Source of the DNA: Longimicrobiales bacterium
Lineage (GTDB): Bacteria; Gemmatimonadota; Gemmatimonadetes; Longimicrobiales; Gaopeijiaceae
Length of the DNA stretch: 64,000 nt
Reading direction: 5' to 3'
Assembly (NCBI GenBank): GCA_965202985.1
Contig: CBDBCF010000001.1
Span: forward strand, 832,001 to 896,000
In this document: positions 9,171-19,035 of the stretch, piece by piece
How the letters are laid out: every line of letters begins with the position of its first letter
How positions within the stretch are numbered: position 1 is the stretch's first letter
Notes under the pieces: generated by a model
Database searches by the model: none
Seen by the model: only the letters and a program-made list of their open reading frames with translations
Told to the model about the DNA's origin: nothing
Program-made: the position numbers and the translations under genes

Positions 9171-10514
9171 CTAGAGGTTGCGGTTGAGCATGCCGGGCAC
9201 GAGACCCTTCATGCCGGGGCCAAAGCCCTTCATTCGCTTCATCATCTTCTTCATGTCGGCGAACCGCTTCACCAGCCGGTTCACCTCCGCGACGGACCGC
9301 CCGCTTCCCCGGGCGATCCGCTTCCGTCTGGACTTGTCGAGGATCTCCGGCCGGCGCCGCTCCTCGGGCGTCATCGACAAGATGATCGCTTCGACGTGCT
9401 TCAGCGCGGCGGGGTCGATGCCCCCTGGAGGAATAGCGCCCGCCATGCCGGGAATCAACTTCATGAGCTGGTCCAGCGGTCCCATCTTCTGGACGTGGCG
9501 CATGGTGGCCAGGAAGTCCTCCAAGGTGAAGCTGCCCTTGCCGGACACCTTCCGCCGCAGCGTCTTGGCGTCCTCGTCGCCGATCGCGGCCTGGGCGCGC
9601 TCCACCAACCCCACCACGTCGCCCTTGCGCAAGATGCGGCCGGCGATGCGCTTCGGGTCCACCGCCTCCAGGCCGTCCAGCCCTTCGCCGGTGCCGACGA
9701 ACTTGAGCGGCTTGCCCGTCACGCCGCGGATCGAGAGCGCCGCCCCGCCGCGCGCATCCCCGTCCATCTTGGTCAGGACGAAGCCGGTCACGTCCAGCAC
9801 GTCGTCGAAGCCCTGGGCGATGCGGACCGCCTCCTGGCCCGTCATGGCGTCCGCGACCAGCAGGATCTCCTTGGGCTCGAGCACGGCCTTGAGCCGCGCC
9901 AGCTCGTCCATCATGGGCTGGTCGACCTGCAGTCGCCCCGCCGTGTCCACGATCAGCACGGACGCCTTCTCCCTGCGCGCCCGCCGGTGTCCTGCGCGGG
10001 CCACCTCCACGGGGTCCGACGCGCCCTCCTCGTAGTGGACGGGAACCCCCGCCCGCTTCCCCAGGACTCGGAGCTGGTCCACCGCGGCCGGGCGATACAG
10101 GTCGCACGCCGCCAGCAGCACGCCCTTCCCCGGCTTGGCCAGCCTCTTGGCCAGCTTGGCCGCCGTCGAGGTCTTCCCCGATCCCTGGAGCCCCACCAGC
10201 ATGATCACCGTGGGCGGCGCCGGCGACCACTTCAGCTCGGCGGGCTCCTCGCCGCCCACCAGCGCCGCCAGCTCGTCGTGAACGATCTTGACCACCTGCT
10301 CGCCCGGCGACACCGACTTGAGGACGCGCTCGCCCAGCGCCTTTTCCTGGACCCGAACCAGGAACTCCCGCGTGACCTTGAAGTTGACGTCGGCCTCCAA
10401 CAGGACCCGTCTCACCTCGCGCAGACCCTCGCGGATCATGGGCTCGGTCAGAAGGCCCCGCTGGCGGAAGCCCTTCAGGACCCGGTCGAGTCTCCGGCTG
10501 GTCTCTTCGAACAT
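9171..10514 (-). CDS. ffh: Signal recognition particle protein
   Basis: GLQGSGKT, DTAGR, TKMDGDARGGAALS, Met-rich M domain. Confidence 0.98.
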   Translation of the reverse strand: MFEETSRRLDRVLKGFRQRGLLTEPMIREGLREVRRVLLEADVNFKVTREFLVRVQEKALGERVLKSVSPGEQVVKIVHDELAALVGGEEPAELKWSPAPPTVIMLVGLQGSGKTSTAAKLAKRLAKPGKGVLLAACDLYRPAAVDQLRVLGKRAGVPVHYEEGASDPVEVARAGHRRARREKASVLIVDTAGRLQVDQPMMDELARLKAVLEPKEILLVADAMTGQEAVRIAQGFDDVLDVTGFVLTKMDGDARGGAALSIRGVTGKPLKFVGTGEGLDGLEAVDPKRIAGRILRKGDVVGLVERAQAAIGDEDAKTLRRKVSGKGSFTLEDFLATMRHVQKMGPLDQLMKLIPGMAGAIPPGGIDPAALKHVEAIILSMTPEERRRPEILDKSRRKRIARGSGRSVAEVNRLVKRFADMKKMMKRMKGFGPGMKGLVPGMLNRNL

Positions 10515-10608
10515 GGTGCTCCGCACGAGGCAGGCATCGGGGGTCGGACGAGGACCTGAAGGATAACCATTGGGATCGAGATGCAGTCCGTCGCGAGGGC
10601 CTTCCGGC

Positions 10609-11703
10609 TCACGCGCACGCCTCCGGGTTCTGTTCCAGCCACTCCATCAGCGCTTCGGCCGCCCACTGGTGGCCGGCGGCGTTCCAGTGGAAGTCGTGAG
10701 CCCAGTGCGCATCCGAGACGCGACCGCCCTGGCGCACGATGTGGGCCTCCTGGTCGACGACGGGAATGCCCCGGGCCGACGCCAGGGCGTTCAGCAAGTC
10801 GAACTGCACGTCGCCCCGCGTGCCCATCGTATGCGTCGCGAGCGCAACGAGGGCGAAGTCGTCGCGCCGGGCCCGGACCATCCACTGGTCCAAAGCAAAG
10901 ACCGTGTACTCCAACGCTTCCCGACTCGGAGACGCGAAGGAACGCGAGTCCCGGAGTACCGCCAACGCTTCCTTCTTCTTGTAAAGCATCCCCAAGGCGT
11001 AGGACCTCCGCACGATTCCTCGTTTGATGCGGTGCCAGGCGGACAACGGTGAGGGGCCGATGGGAGCGCATCCTCTCCCCCTACACGGAGGTCGAAGCTC
11101 GAAGCCTCCGTCGTCGGCCTTCGTCGCGATGACAAAGCGCTTCTTGAAGCGCACCTTGACGTTCGGATAATTGTCGTCGAAGTCGTTGCTTGTGAACACG
11201 AGCACCACGATCTTCGGCGAGGTTCTGATGACGAACTCGTCGTAGTAGCCCAGTTGGTGGATCTGTCCGGTGCCGCCCCAGCCGTACGCGGAAGCGCCGA
11301 CGCCCAGGTCGGGCACGCGCCGACGGGCCATCTCCTCGAAGCGCACATTCAACTTGTCCGACATGGGGACTTCGGCGGCATGAACGAAGGAATCGCCGAC
11401 CACGGCCACGCGACACGACGTCGAGTCGTTCCGTCCTCGCGGGGGAGGGGGGGCGAGGAAACCCCAGCGGTTGGCACGGGAGACAGTCCAGTGGTCCAGC
11501 ATGTTGGTATTGCGGACTTCCGATCCCGGTACCAAGAGAGGGCCGGCCCGGGGGTGACGGTATTCTTGCGCATCGCTGTAGCCGTAGTGAAAATCCGCCT
11601 TTGCCCGCGCCCAGACCTCCGCAACGCACGCGACGACGGCCAGCCCGCACGCGATTCCGACCGCGTTCACGACGGCGACGCGCACGTATCCGCTAACTCT
11701 CAC
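10609..11703 (-). CDS. SGNH/GDSL hydrolase family protein, copy B
   Basis: N-terminal hydrophobic anchor, GDSF, GGTG, ND, DFHWN..GH; GTG start overlaps the copy A stop. Confidence 0.8.
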   Translation of the reverse strand: MRVSGYVRVAVVNAVGIACGLAVVACVAEVWARAKADFHYGYSDAQEYRHPRAGPLLVPGSEVRNTNMLDHWTVSRANRWGFLAPPPPRGRNDSTSCRVAVVGDSFVHAAEVPMSDKLNVRFEEMARRRVPDLGVGASAYGWGGTGQIHQLGYYDEFVIRTSPKIVVLVFTSNDFDDNYPNVKVRFKKRFVIATKADDGGFELRPPCRGRGCAPIGPSPLSAWHRIKRGIVRRSYALGMLYKKKEALAVLRDSRSFASPSREALEYTVFALDQWMVRARRDDFALVALATHTMGTRGDVQFDLLNALASARGIPVVDQEAHIVRQGGRVSDAHWAHDFHWNAAGHQWAAEALMEWLEQNPEACA

Positions 11704-12815
11704 GCGCACGCCTCCGGGTTCTGTTCCAGCCACTCCATCAGCGCTTCGGCCGCCCACTGGTGGCCAGCGGCGTTCCAGTGGAAGTCGTGAGCCCAGTGCG
11801 CATCCGAGACGCGATAGCCCTGGCGCGCGATGTGGGCCTGCTGGTCGACGACGGGAATGCCCCGGGCCGACGCCAAGGCGTTCAGCAAGTCGAACAGCAC
11901 GTCGCCCCGCGTGCCCATCGTATGCGACGCGAGCGCGACGAGGGCGAAGTCGTCGCGCCGGGCCCGGACCATCCACTGATCCAAGGCAAAGGCCGTGTAC
12001 TCCAACGCTTCCCGACTCGGAGGCGCGAAGGAACGCAAGTCCCGGAGTACCGCCAACGCTTCCTTCTTCTCGTTAAGCATCGCCAAGGCGTAGGACCTCC
12101 GCACGATTCCTCGTTTGATGCGGTGCCAGGCGGACAACGGTGTGAGAGGGCCGACGGAAGCGCATCCTCTCCCCTTGGTGGGACACGGAGGTCGAAGCTC
12201 GAAGCTTCCGTCGTCGGCCTTCGTCGCGATGACAAAGCGCTTCTTGAAGCGCACATTGACGTTCGGATAATTGTCGTCGAAGTCGTTGTGGACGAACACG
12301 AGCACCACGATCTTCGGCGAGGTTCTGATGACGAACTCGTCGTAGTAGCCCAGTTGGTGGATCTGTCCGGTACCGCCCCAGCCGTACGCGGAAGCGCCGA
12401 CGCCCAGGTCGGGCACGCGCCGACGGGCCATCTCCTCGAAGCGCGCATTCAACTTGTCCGACATGGGGACTGCGGCGGCATGAACGAAGGAATCGCCGAC
12501 CACGGCCACGCGACACGACATCGAGTCGTTCCGTTCTCGCCGGGGGGGGGGGGGGGGGGGGGGGGCGAGGAAACCCCAGCGGTTGGCACGGGAGACAGTC
12601 CAGTAGTCCAGCATGTTGGTATTGCGGACTTCCGATCCCGGTACCAAGAGAAGGCCGGCCCGGGGGTGACGGTATTTCTGTGCATCGCTGTAGCCGTAGT
12701 GAAAATCCGCCTTTGCCCACGCCCAGACCTCCGCAACGCACGCGACGACGGCCAGCCCGCACGCGATTCCGACCGCGTTCACGACGGCGACGCGGCACGC
12801 ACTCCACCTACGCAA
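11700..12815 (-). CDS. SGNH/GDSL hydrolase family protein, copy A (contains a C24 tract)
   Basis: Same SGNH blocks; nearly identical to copy B. Confidence 0.8.
   Translation of the reverse strand: MRRWSACRVAVVNAVGIACGLAVVACVAEVWAWAKADFHYGYSDAQKYRHPRAGLLLVPGSEVRNTNMLDYWTVSRANRWGFLAPPPPPPPRRERNDSMSCRVAVVGDSFVHAAAVPMSDKLNARFEEMARRRVPDLGVGASAYGWGGTGQIHQLGYYDEFVIRTSPKIVVLVFVHNDFDDNYPNVNVRFKKRFVIATKADDGSFELRPPCPTKGRGCASVGPLTPLSAWHRIKRGIVRRSYALAMLNEKKEALAVLRDLRSFAPPSREALEYTAFALDQWMVRARRDDFALVALASHTMGTRGDVLFDLLNALASARGIPVVDQQAHIARQGYRVSDAHWAHDFHWNAAGHQWAAEALMEWLEQNPEACA
12542..12565 (+). repeat. G24 homopolymer
   Basis: 24 consecutive G, counted directly. Confidence 0.9.
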
Positions 12816-14136
12816 GGCGAATCACTTGGCTCCGGCGCGTCCCGACCGACACCATCACGATCGGCGCGCCCGCCACTTCCTGAACGCGTTCCAGGTAGGC
12901 CTGGGCGCGGCTCGGCAGGTCGCGCCAGCGCCGCGCGGCCCCAGTGGGGCTCTGCCAGCCGGGCAACGTCTCGTAGACGGGCCGTGCTTCCGCCAGTGCT
13001 CGGGCCGTCGCGGGCAGGGTGCGGTGCACGTGGGTCCCGATGCGATAGGCGGTGGCGATCTTGACTTCGGGCAAGGTGTCCAGCACGTCCAGCTTGGTGA
13101 CGGCGATCCCCGTAAGGCCGTTGACGCGGCACGCGTAGGCCGCAACGACGCCGTCGAACCAGCCGCAACGACGGGGCCGACCCGTGGTAGCCCCGAATTC
13201 GCTGCCGAGACTGCGCATGCGAACCTCCATGGCGTCCGTGAACTCGGTGGGCAACGGGCCGTTGCCGACACGGGTCGCGTAGGCCTTCGCGACCCCGGTC
13301 ACGGCGCCGATCTCGGTGGGGCCGATCCCGACCCCGGCCGCGGCGCCCCCCGCCGTCGTGGTGGACGACGTGACGTAGGGATAGGTCCCGTGGTCGACGT
13401 CCAGCGCCGTCCCTTGGGCGCCTTCCAGCAGCACGCTTTCGCCGCCGGCCAGAGCGTCGTCGATCTCCTGTCCCACGTCGGCCACCACGCCGCGCAGGCG
13501 CTCCGCCAGCTCCAGCGTTTCGTCCGGCTCGCACCCCGCGGCCGGGGCCGCGCCCAACTCCCCGAGCCGCGAGTTCGCCCGATGCAAGCTGCGCCGCACA
13601 GCCTCTTTCCCGTCCGGCTCCAGCAGGTCCGCCACGCGCACGCCCCGCCGGCTCGTCTTGTCCTCGTAGGCGGGACCGATGCCCCGTCCGGTGGTTCCGA
13701 TCTCGGACCCGTCTGCCGCCCGGCCGGCCACTTCTTCGGTCGCCCGGTCCAGAGCGCGGTGGTGGCGGAAAACCACGTGGGCACGGGCGCTCACGCCGAC
13801 GCGGCCGGCCACTTGCACGCCCCGCGCGGCCAACTCGTCGTACTCGGCAAAGAACTGTCGCGCGTCCAGCACCACGCCGTTGCCCAGCAAGCAGCGGACG
13901 CCGGGATGCAGCACGCCCGACGGGATCTGGTGCAAGACGAACTCCATGCCGCCTGCGTGAACCGTGTGGCCGGCGTTGGCCCCCCCCTGGTAGCGCGCCA
14001 CGATCTTCGCTTCCGGCGCCAGCACGTCCACGATCTTGCCCTTGCCTTCGTCGCCCCATTGGCAACCGACCACAACGGTGCACGAGCCCCGGCGCCCGGA
14101 AGTCTTCGGGGAAGGCGACCCGGCCCGGTCGGTCAT
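12808..14136 (-). CDS. purA: Adenylosuccinate synthetase
   Basis: QWGDEGKGKIVD, GGANAGHT, GTTGRGIGPAY, EGAQG, GTYPYVTSS, TTGRPRRCGWFD. Confidence 0.98.
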   Translation of the reverse strand: MTDRAGSPSPKTSGRRGSCTVVVGCQWGDEGKGKIVDVLAPEAKIVARYQGGANAGHTVHAGGMEFVLHQIPSGVLHPGVRCLLGNGVVLDARQFFAEYDELAARGVQVAGRVGVSARAHVVFRHHRALDRATEEVAGRAADGSEIGTTGRGIGPAYEDKTSRRGVRVADLLEPDGKEAVRRSLHRANSRLGELGAAPAAGCEPDETLELAERLRGVVADVGQEIDDALAGGESVLLEGAQGTALDVDHGTYPYVTSSTTTAGGAAAGVGIGPTEIGAVTGVAKAYATRVGNGPLPTEFTDAMEVRMRSLGSEFGATTGRPRRCGWFDGVVAAYACRVNGLTGIAVTKLDVLDTLPEVKIATAYRIGTHVHRTLPATARALAEARPVYETLPGWQSPTGAARRWRDLPSRAQAYLERVQEVAGAPIVMVSVGTRRSQVIRLA

Positions 14137-15089
14137 GCGCGGGACGGCGCGTGCCGCCTGCCGGCCCCGGGGGGTTCCGTCTGCGCCAGCAGTCCTGCCG
14201 TATCCAGCAGTCGAGCCACTTCGCCCCTCTGCTTCGCGGGCAACGGGGGCAGGGGCGGACGGGGCTCGCGACCCGCGAACCCCAGCAGGTCGAGCGCACA
14301 CTTGACGCCGGCCACGCCCATGCCGCCCACGATCGCGTTGTGCAACGGGCCCACGACTTCTTGCGCGTCTCCGGCCGCCGCGGCATCTCCGGCCGCGTAC
14401 CCCTCGCAGATGCGAACGCACAAGCGAGGCGCAAAGTTGGCCACGCCCAATATGCCCCCCGTCGCGCCCACCTCCAGCGCCGGGTACAAGAGGCTTCCGC
14501 TGCCCACCAGCACCTGAAAGCCCTCGCGCACCGCCGTCGCCAGCTCGCCCACCGCGTCGAGCTTGCCCCGCGAGTCCTTGATGCCCGCGATGTTGTCGTG
14601 TACCGAGAGCTCCGCGACCAGTCCGGTGGGAAAGTCCAGCGTGCAGAAGCGCGTGGGCACCTGGTAGACGACGACGGGGACCACCGAGTCGTCCGCGACC
14701 GCCCGATAGTGGTCGCGCACGACGGCGGGGGTCATGGCGCTCTTGTAGAAGGCTGGCGGTTGCACGAGCACGGCGTCGTAGCCTAGGTCGGCGGCGGTCC
14801 GCGACAGCCGAAGGGCGGCGCGCCTGGACTCGGCGCCCGTGCCCGCCACGAGCAGGAGGCCGTCCGGCGCGGCGTCGCGGACCGCTTCCCACACGGCAAC
14901 CCGTTCGTCCTCGTCCAGCAGCACGGCCTCGCCGGTGGAGCCCCCCACCACGAAGCCCCGCACGCCCGTCGACGCCCACTTGCGGATGTTGTCCTGCAGG
15001 CCGGGTACGTCCACGTCGCCGTCGGGTCCGAACGGCGTGGTGACCGGGATCAGCACGCCGCCGAGATCGGTGTTGCCGTTCGCGTCTAT
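14133..15089 (-). CDS. DapA / class I aldolase family protein
   Basis: VTTPF, GSTGE, VAGTG, Schiff-base GIKDS; probable ATA start 8 nt after AAGGAG. Confidence 0.9.
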   Translation of the reverse strand: MDANGNTDLGGVLIPVTTPFGPDGDVDVPGLQDNIRKWASTGVRGFVVGGSTGEAVLLDEDERVAVWEAVRDAAPDGLLLVAGTGAESRRAALRLSRTAADLGYDAVLVQPPAFYKSAMTPAVVRDHYRAVADDSVVPVVVYQVPTRFCTLDFPTGLVAELSVHDNIAGIKDSRGKLDAVGELATAVREGFQVLVGSGSLLYPALEVGATGGILGVANFAPRLCVRICEGYAAGDAAAAGDAQEVVGPLHNAIVGGMGVAGVKCALDLLGFAGREPRPPLPPLPAKQRGEVARLLDTAGLLAQTEPPGAGRRHAPSRA

Positions 15090-16222
15090 GATCGTTGCTC
15101 CTTGGCGTTTGCGGGGGCGATGTCGGGCGCTCGGTCGGCGCGGGGAGGAGGGTAAGCGCCGGTGGCCTCCCTGACGAGCGCCAGGGTTTCGCCGGCCATC
15201 GCCCGGGCCCGCCCGGCCATCGCCGCGATCAGGCCGTCCAGGTCCTTCTCGCGCTGGACGACCTCGGCCCGACGGTCCCGCATTTGGGCGGTCAGCGCCA
15301 CCACGGCGTCCGCCGTCCGAGTCTTCAGGTCCATGTAGCGCAACCTGTCGGCAAAGTAGTCGCGCCGCATCTGTTCGGCGTCCGCCCGGCCGCCGCACGC
15401 CGTCAGCAGCGTAAGCAGGTTCTCGACGCCGGGGCTCGTCCCGCCGTCGTCCGGGCGGCCGGAGTCGGTGACCGCGGATCGGATCTTGCGACGCACCGAC
15501 GCTTCCTCTTCGAAGAGGCCGATGTAGTGCTTGGAGCCTAGGCTCTTGCTCATCTTCTTGGTCGGGTCCGCCGTGGACAGCAGCTTGGCGATCGGCGCGT
15601 GAAGGGTCTCGGGCTCGGGGAAGACGCGGCCGAAGCGGGCGTTGAATCGCCGGGCCAGCCCCCGACTCAGCTCCAGGTGCTGGGACTGGTCCCTGCCGAC
15701 CGGCACGTAGTCCGCGCGGTAGGCCAGGATGTCGGCGGCCTGCAACACCGGGTAGAAGAGGAGCCCGGAAGAAACGAACGCGCCGTCCCCGGCGTCGGCG
15801 TCCCCAGCGTCGGCGTCCCGGGCGGTCGTAGTCGGCTCTGCGCGACCGCGGCCCCCGACGGCGCCCTTGAGCAGGTCCGACTTCTCCTTGAACTGGGTCA
15901 TGCGGCCCAGGTCTCCCAGCGACGCCAAGGTGGCCAGGAACCAGCACAGTTCGGTGTGCTCGGGGACGGTGGACTGGACGAAGACCGTGCAGCGCTCCGG
16001 GTCGATGCCGGCCGACAGGAGCGACACGAACATGTCCTTGGAGGCCCGCCGCAGCTCTTCGGGGTGGTACGGCGCCGTCATGGCGTGCAGGTCCACGACG
16101 CAGTAGACGCAGTCGTGCTCGTCTTGGAGCCGCACCCAGTTCTTCACGGCCCCGAAGTAGTTGCCGAGGGTCATGACGGCCGTCGGCTGGATGCCGGAGA
16201 AGACTCTCTTGCGCGGAACCAT
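15086..16222 (-). CDS. trpS: Tryptophan--tRNA ligase
   Basis: SGIQPT..TLGNY, YPVLQAADIL, VPVG.DQ.QH.EL, KMSKS. Confidence 0.97.
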   Translation of the reverse strand: MVPRKRVFSGIQPTAVMTLGNYFGAVKNWVRLQDEHDCVYCVVDLHAMTAPYHPEELRRASKDMFVSLLSAGIDPERCTVFVQSTVPEHTELCWFLATLASLGDLGRMTQFKEKSDLLKGAVGGRGRAEPTTTARDADAGDADAGDGAFVSSGLLFYPVLQAADILAYRADYVPVGRDQSQHLELSRGLARRFNARFGRVFPEPETLHAPIAKLLSTADPTKKMSKSLGSKHYIGLFEEEASVRRKIRSAVTDSGRPDDGGTSPGVENLLTLLTACGGRADAEQMRRDYFADRLRYMDLKTRTADAVVALTAQMRDRRAEVVQREKDLDGLIAAMAGRARAMAGETLALVREATGAYPPPRADRAPDIAPANAKEQRS

Positions 16223-16386
16223 GGCGGGACAGGGCGAGGCGGACGGGCGACCCGGCACGAAGAGGGAGGGAACCCGAGCGGGCGGGGGTATGGACTCTAG
16301 GGCTAGACTTGTAATGTAGCATTCGACGCGCGCCCTCCTTGCTCGCGGCCCCCTGCCCCTGGCTCGCTGCCGCACGCGACCCCCGC

Positions 16387-17211
16387 ATGTCCCAAGCCAC
16401 TGCCGGTTCCGACGCGCCCCTGCGGCTGCTGGAGACGGCTCGAGAGGCGGCGCAGGCGGCGGCCAACGTCCATCGGAAGGCCGCCGGGCGCAAGAACCGA
16501 CGCTGGGTGGAGTCCAAGACTGCGGCGAGCGACTTCGTGTGCGACGTGGACTTGGCGGCCCAGGAGGCGGCCCTGTCGGTCGTGGCCGCGCGCCACCCGG
16601 ACCACGAGATCATGGCGGAGGAGCGCGGCGGCGAGCGTCCCGGCGCGCCGGACAACGAGCACGTCTGGCTCGTGGACCCGCTGGACGGAACCACCAACTT
16701 CCTTCACGGGCATCCCTACCACTCGGCTTCGGTGGCGGTCTGGGACGGCGCGGGACCGGTCGCGGGCGCGGTTCACGCCCAGGCGCTGGGCGCGGTCTGG
16801 ACGGCGGCGCGCGAAGAGGGCGCGTTCGAGAACGGACGACGGATCCGCGCGAGCCCGGCGACGGACGTGAGCGGGTTCCTGCTTGGAACGGGCTTTCCGT
16901 TCAAGTTCCCCGAGCTTGTCGAACCGTATTTGGGCACGCTTGCCACGGCGCTCCGCCGCACGTCGGGCGTACGCCGGACGGGGGCCTCGACGCTGGACTT
17001 CGCGTATGTCGCCAACGGAACCCTGGACGCGTACTGGGAACCCGTCTTGGAGCCCTGGGACTTCGGGGCGGGCGTCCTGCTCGTGACCGAAGCCGGCGGC
17101 CGCGTGGGCCGGATCGAGGGAGGCCCCGTCCTACCCGTTCGGGGATCGATCCTGGCCGCGAACTCGGCCCTGTCGCTGGCCGCACTGCAGTCCATGCTGT
17201 CCGCGCCATGA
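16387..17211 (+). CDS. suhB: Inositol monophosphatase family protein
   Basis: AEE, WLVDPLDGTTNFLHG, PWDFGAG. Confidence 0.9.
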   Translation: MSQATAGSDAPLRLLETAREAAQAAANVHRKAAGRKNRRWVESKTAASDFVCDVDLAAQEAALSVVAARHPDHEIMAEERGGERPGAPDNEHVWLVDPLDGTTNFLHGHPYHSASVAVWDGAGPVAGAVHAQALGAVWTAAREEGAFENGRRIRASPATDVSGFLLGTGFPFKFPELVEPYLGTLATALRRTSGVRRTGASTLDFAYVANGTLDAYWEPVLEPWDFGAGVLLVTEAGGRVGRIEGGPVLPVRGSILAANSALSLAALQSMLSAP

Positions 17212-17296
17212 CGCTGATTGCCGCCTGCGCTATTGTTGCGGGAGCGGCCCTTCGTCGTTCGCTTCCCTCGTCACCTTCCACGCACGCTGATTCGCC

Positions 17297-17737
17297 ATGG
17301 AGCACGAGTTCACCGCCGTTCACCGGATCGAGTTCGCCGACACGGATTCGGCCGGGCTGGTCCACTTCGCCGCCTACTTCCGCCTCATGGAGGAGACGGA
17401 GCACGCCTTCTACCGTTCGCTGGGAGGATCGGCCTTCGAGCGGGTGTCGGGCGGCGGGCGCGGAATGCCCCGGGTATCGGCGTCGTGCGAGTACCTGCTG
17501 CCCGTTCGCTTCGAGGACGAGGTGGAGGTTCGGCTGGTCGTGCGCGAGAAGGGCGCGCGCCGCATGCGCTACGACTTCGAGTTCCGGGTCCTGCCCGGCT
17601 CCGCGCCCGCCGCCAGAGGAACGATGACCGTGGTCAACGCCATGCAGTCCGCCGACGGCTCCTACGCCTCCGCCCCCCTGCCCGGCTTCCTGCGCTACGG
17701 CGCCCAAGCCGCGCCCGGCGACTCGTCGGCGTCATGA
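17297..17737 (+). CDS. Acyl-CoA thioesterase (4HBT/YbgC hotdog fold)
   Basis: FADTDSAGLVHF..YFR.ME. Confidence 0.9.
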   Translation: MEHEFTAVHRIEFADTDSAGLVHFAAYFRLMEETEHAFYRSLGGSAFERVSGGGRGMPRVSASCEYLLPVRFEDEVEVRLVVREKGARRMRYDFEFRVLPGSAPAARGTMTVVNAMQSADGSYASAPLPGFLRYGAQAAPGDSSAS

Positions 17738-19035
17738 GGGCGGCTCCGGCAACCCCCGAACGCGGACGCCCTGCATTTCGCGCGACGCCCACCCCCGAAC
17801 GCGGACGCCCCGTGCTCCGAGAGACGGCGCTGGCGGCAGGCGCGCTCCTGGGGACGGCGCTGGCGGCAGGCGCGCTCCTGGGGACGGTGCTGGCGGCAGG
17901 TGCGCCCCTGGCGGTCCGGGCGCAGGCGCCCGTCTTGTCGCGGGCCCAGCCCGAAGAGGCCGGCATGTCGGCGGCGGGGCTGGCGGGCGCGGCGGGGCTG
18001 TACCAAGAGGCCGTGGACCGGGACGACTTGGTGGGCGCGGTGCTGCTGGTCGCCAAGGACGGCAAGATCGTGCTGCACGAAGCCTACGGCTGGCGCGACA
18101 AGGCCCGCGGCCTGCCGATGGAGCCGAACACCCTGTTCCGCATGGCGTCCAACACGAAGCCCGTGGTCGCGGCGGCCGTGGCCACGCTGGTGGAAGCGGG
18201 CAAGCTGGCCTACGACGACTTGGTGCGGCAGCACATCCCCTCGTGGGACAACTACCGGGCCGGCTTCGTCAACGTCGGCCACCTGCTGTCGCACTCCAGC
18301 GGCCTGCGCATCCCCACGTTGTTTCTGATGCCGTACACCGAGCCCAGCGCGCAGCACCCGAATGCGCCGACGCTGCAACTGGAAGCCGCCAAGTTCGGCG
18401 CGGTCGGCGCCGAGACCCCGCCCGGCGTCGCTTACAGCTACAACAACCCCGGCTACAACACGTTGGGCGCGCTGACGGAGATCGTCTCCGGCCAGCCCCT
18501 GGAGGAGTACTTGGACCAGACGTTCTACGCGCCCCTGGGCATGCGCGACAGCTACCACCACGAGGTGGACGAGAAGATGGACGGCAAGCTGGACCGCATG
18601 TCGGTCGTGTACTACCAGCGGGGCGACGACGGGGAATGGATGCCCGGCTGGACCCCTGGCGACCCGCCCCAGGTGCCGTTCGTCCGGGCGTCCGGCGGCA
18701 TGATCTCGACGGCCAGCGACTACGCGGTCTTCTGCCAGATGTTCCTGAACGGCGGCGCCTACGGCGGCACGCGAGCCCTGACCGAAGAGAGCGTCGCCCT
18801 CCTGACTTCGCCCAAGATCCGCACCAACCCGGACTCCGACGGCCCGCCCGCCTACTACGGATACGGCTGGTCCGTGGCCGAGGACGGCGCATACTCCCAT
18901 GGCGGCTCCGACGGCACGCACGCCTACGTGGACCCGACAACGAACCTCGTCGTTCTCGTCTTCACGCAGACGCCCGGGGGCCGCAACCCCGTCGTCCGCT
19001 TTCGGGAGATGGTCAAGCTGGCGATCGAGGGATAG
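17734..19035 (+). CDS. Serine hydrolase (beta-lactamase / PBP-like family)
   Basis: FRMASNTK (SxxK), HLLSHSSG, YSYNN, HGG; signal-like N-terminus. Confidence 0.92.
   Translation: MRAAPATPERGRPAFRATPTPERGRPVLRETALAAGALLGTALAAGALLGTVLAAGAPLAVRAQAPVLSRAQPEEAGMSAAGLAGAAGLYQEAVDRDDLVGAVLLVAKDGKIVLHEAYGWRDKARGLPMEPNTLFRMASNTKPVVAAAVATLVEAGKLAYDDLVRQHIPSWDNYRAGFVNVGHLLSHSSGLRIPTLFLMPYTEPSAQHPNAPTLQLEAAKFGAVGAETPPGVAYSYNNPGYNTLGALTEIVSGQPLEEYLDQTFYAPLGMRDSYHHEVDEKMDGKLDRMSVVYYQRGDDGEWMPGWTPGDPPQVPFVRASGGMISTASDYAVFCQMFLNGGAYGGTRALTEESVALLTSPKIRTNPDSDGPPAYYGYGWSVAEDGAYSHGGSDGTHAYVDPTTNLVVLVFTQTPGGRNPVVRFREMVKLAIEG

Larger units (their letters stand above)
10609..12792. repeat. Tandem duplication, two ~1.09 kb units
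   Basis: 10609-~11685 aligns with 11700-~12792 with scattered substitutions and small indels. Confidence 0.95.

Noticed and set aside
10609..12792. Diversity-generating retroelement template/variable repeat pair (also considered for 30176-31201)
   Set aside because: No reverse transcriptase is present, and the differences include indels and are not confined to adenines.
14133..16697. Apparent 854-aa fusion ending in DapA, and likewise 19013-22492, 52818-55142 and 57973-59946
   Set aside because: The N-terminal parts are off-frame read-through across neighbouring genes; real starts lie at stop/start overlaps.
17734..19035. Bona fide antibiotic-resistance beta-lactamase
   Set aside because: The motifs fit the broad serine hydrolase family (HGG rather than KTG); the neighbouring MBL-fold gene is also generic.
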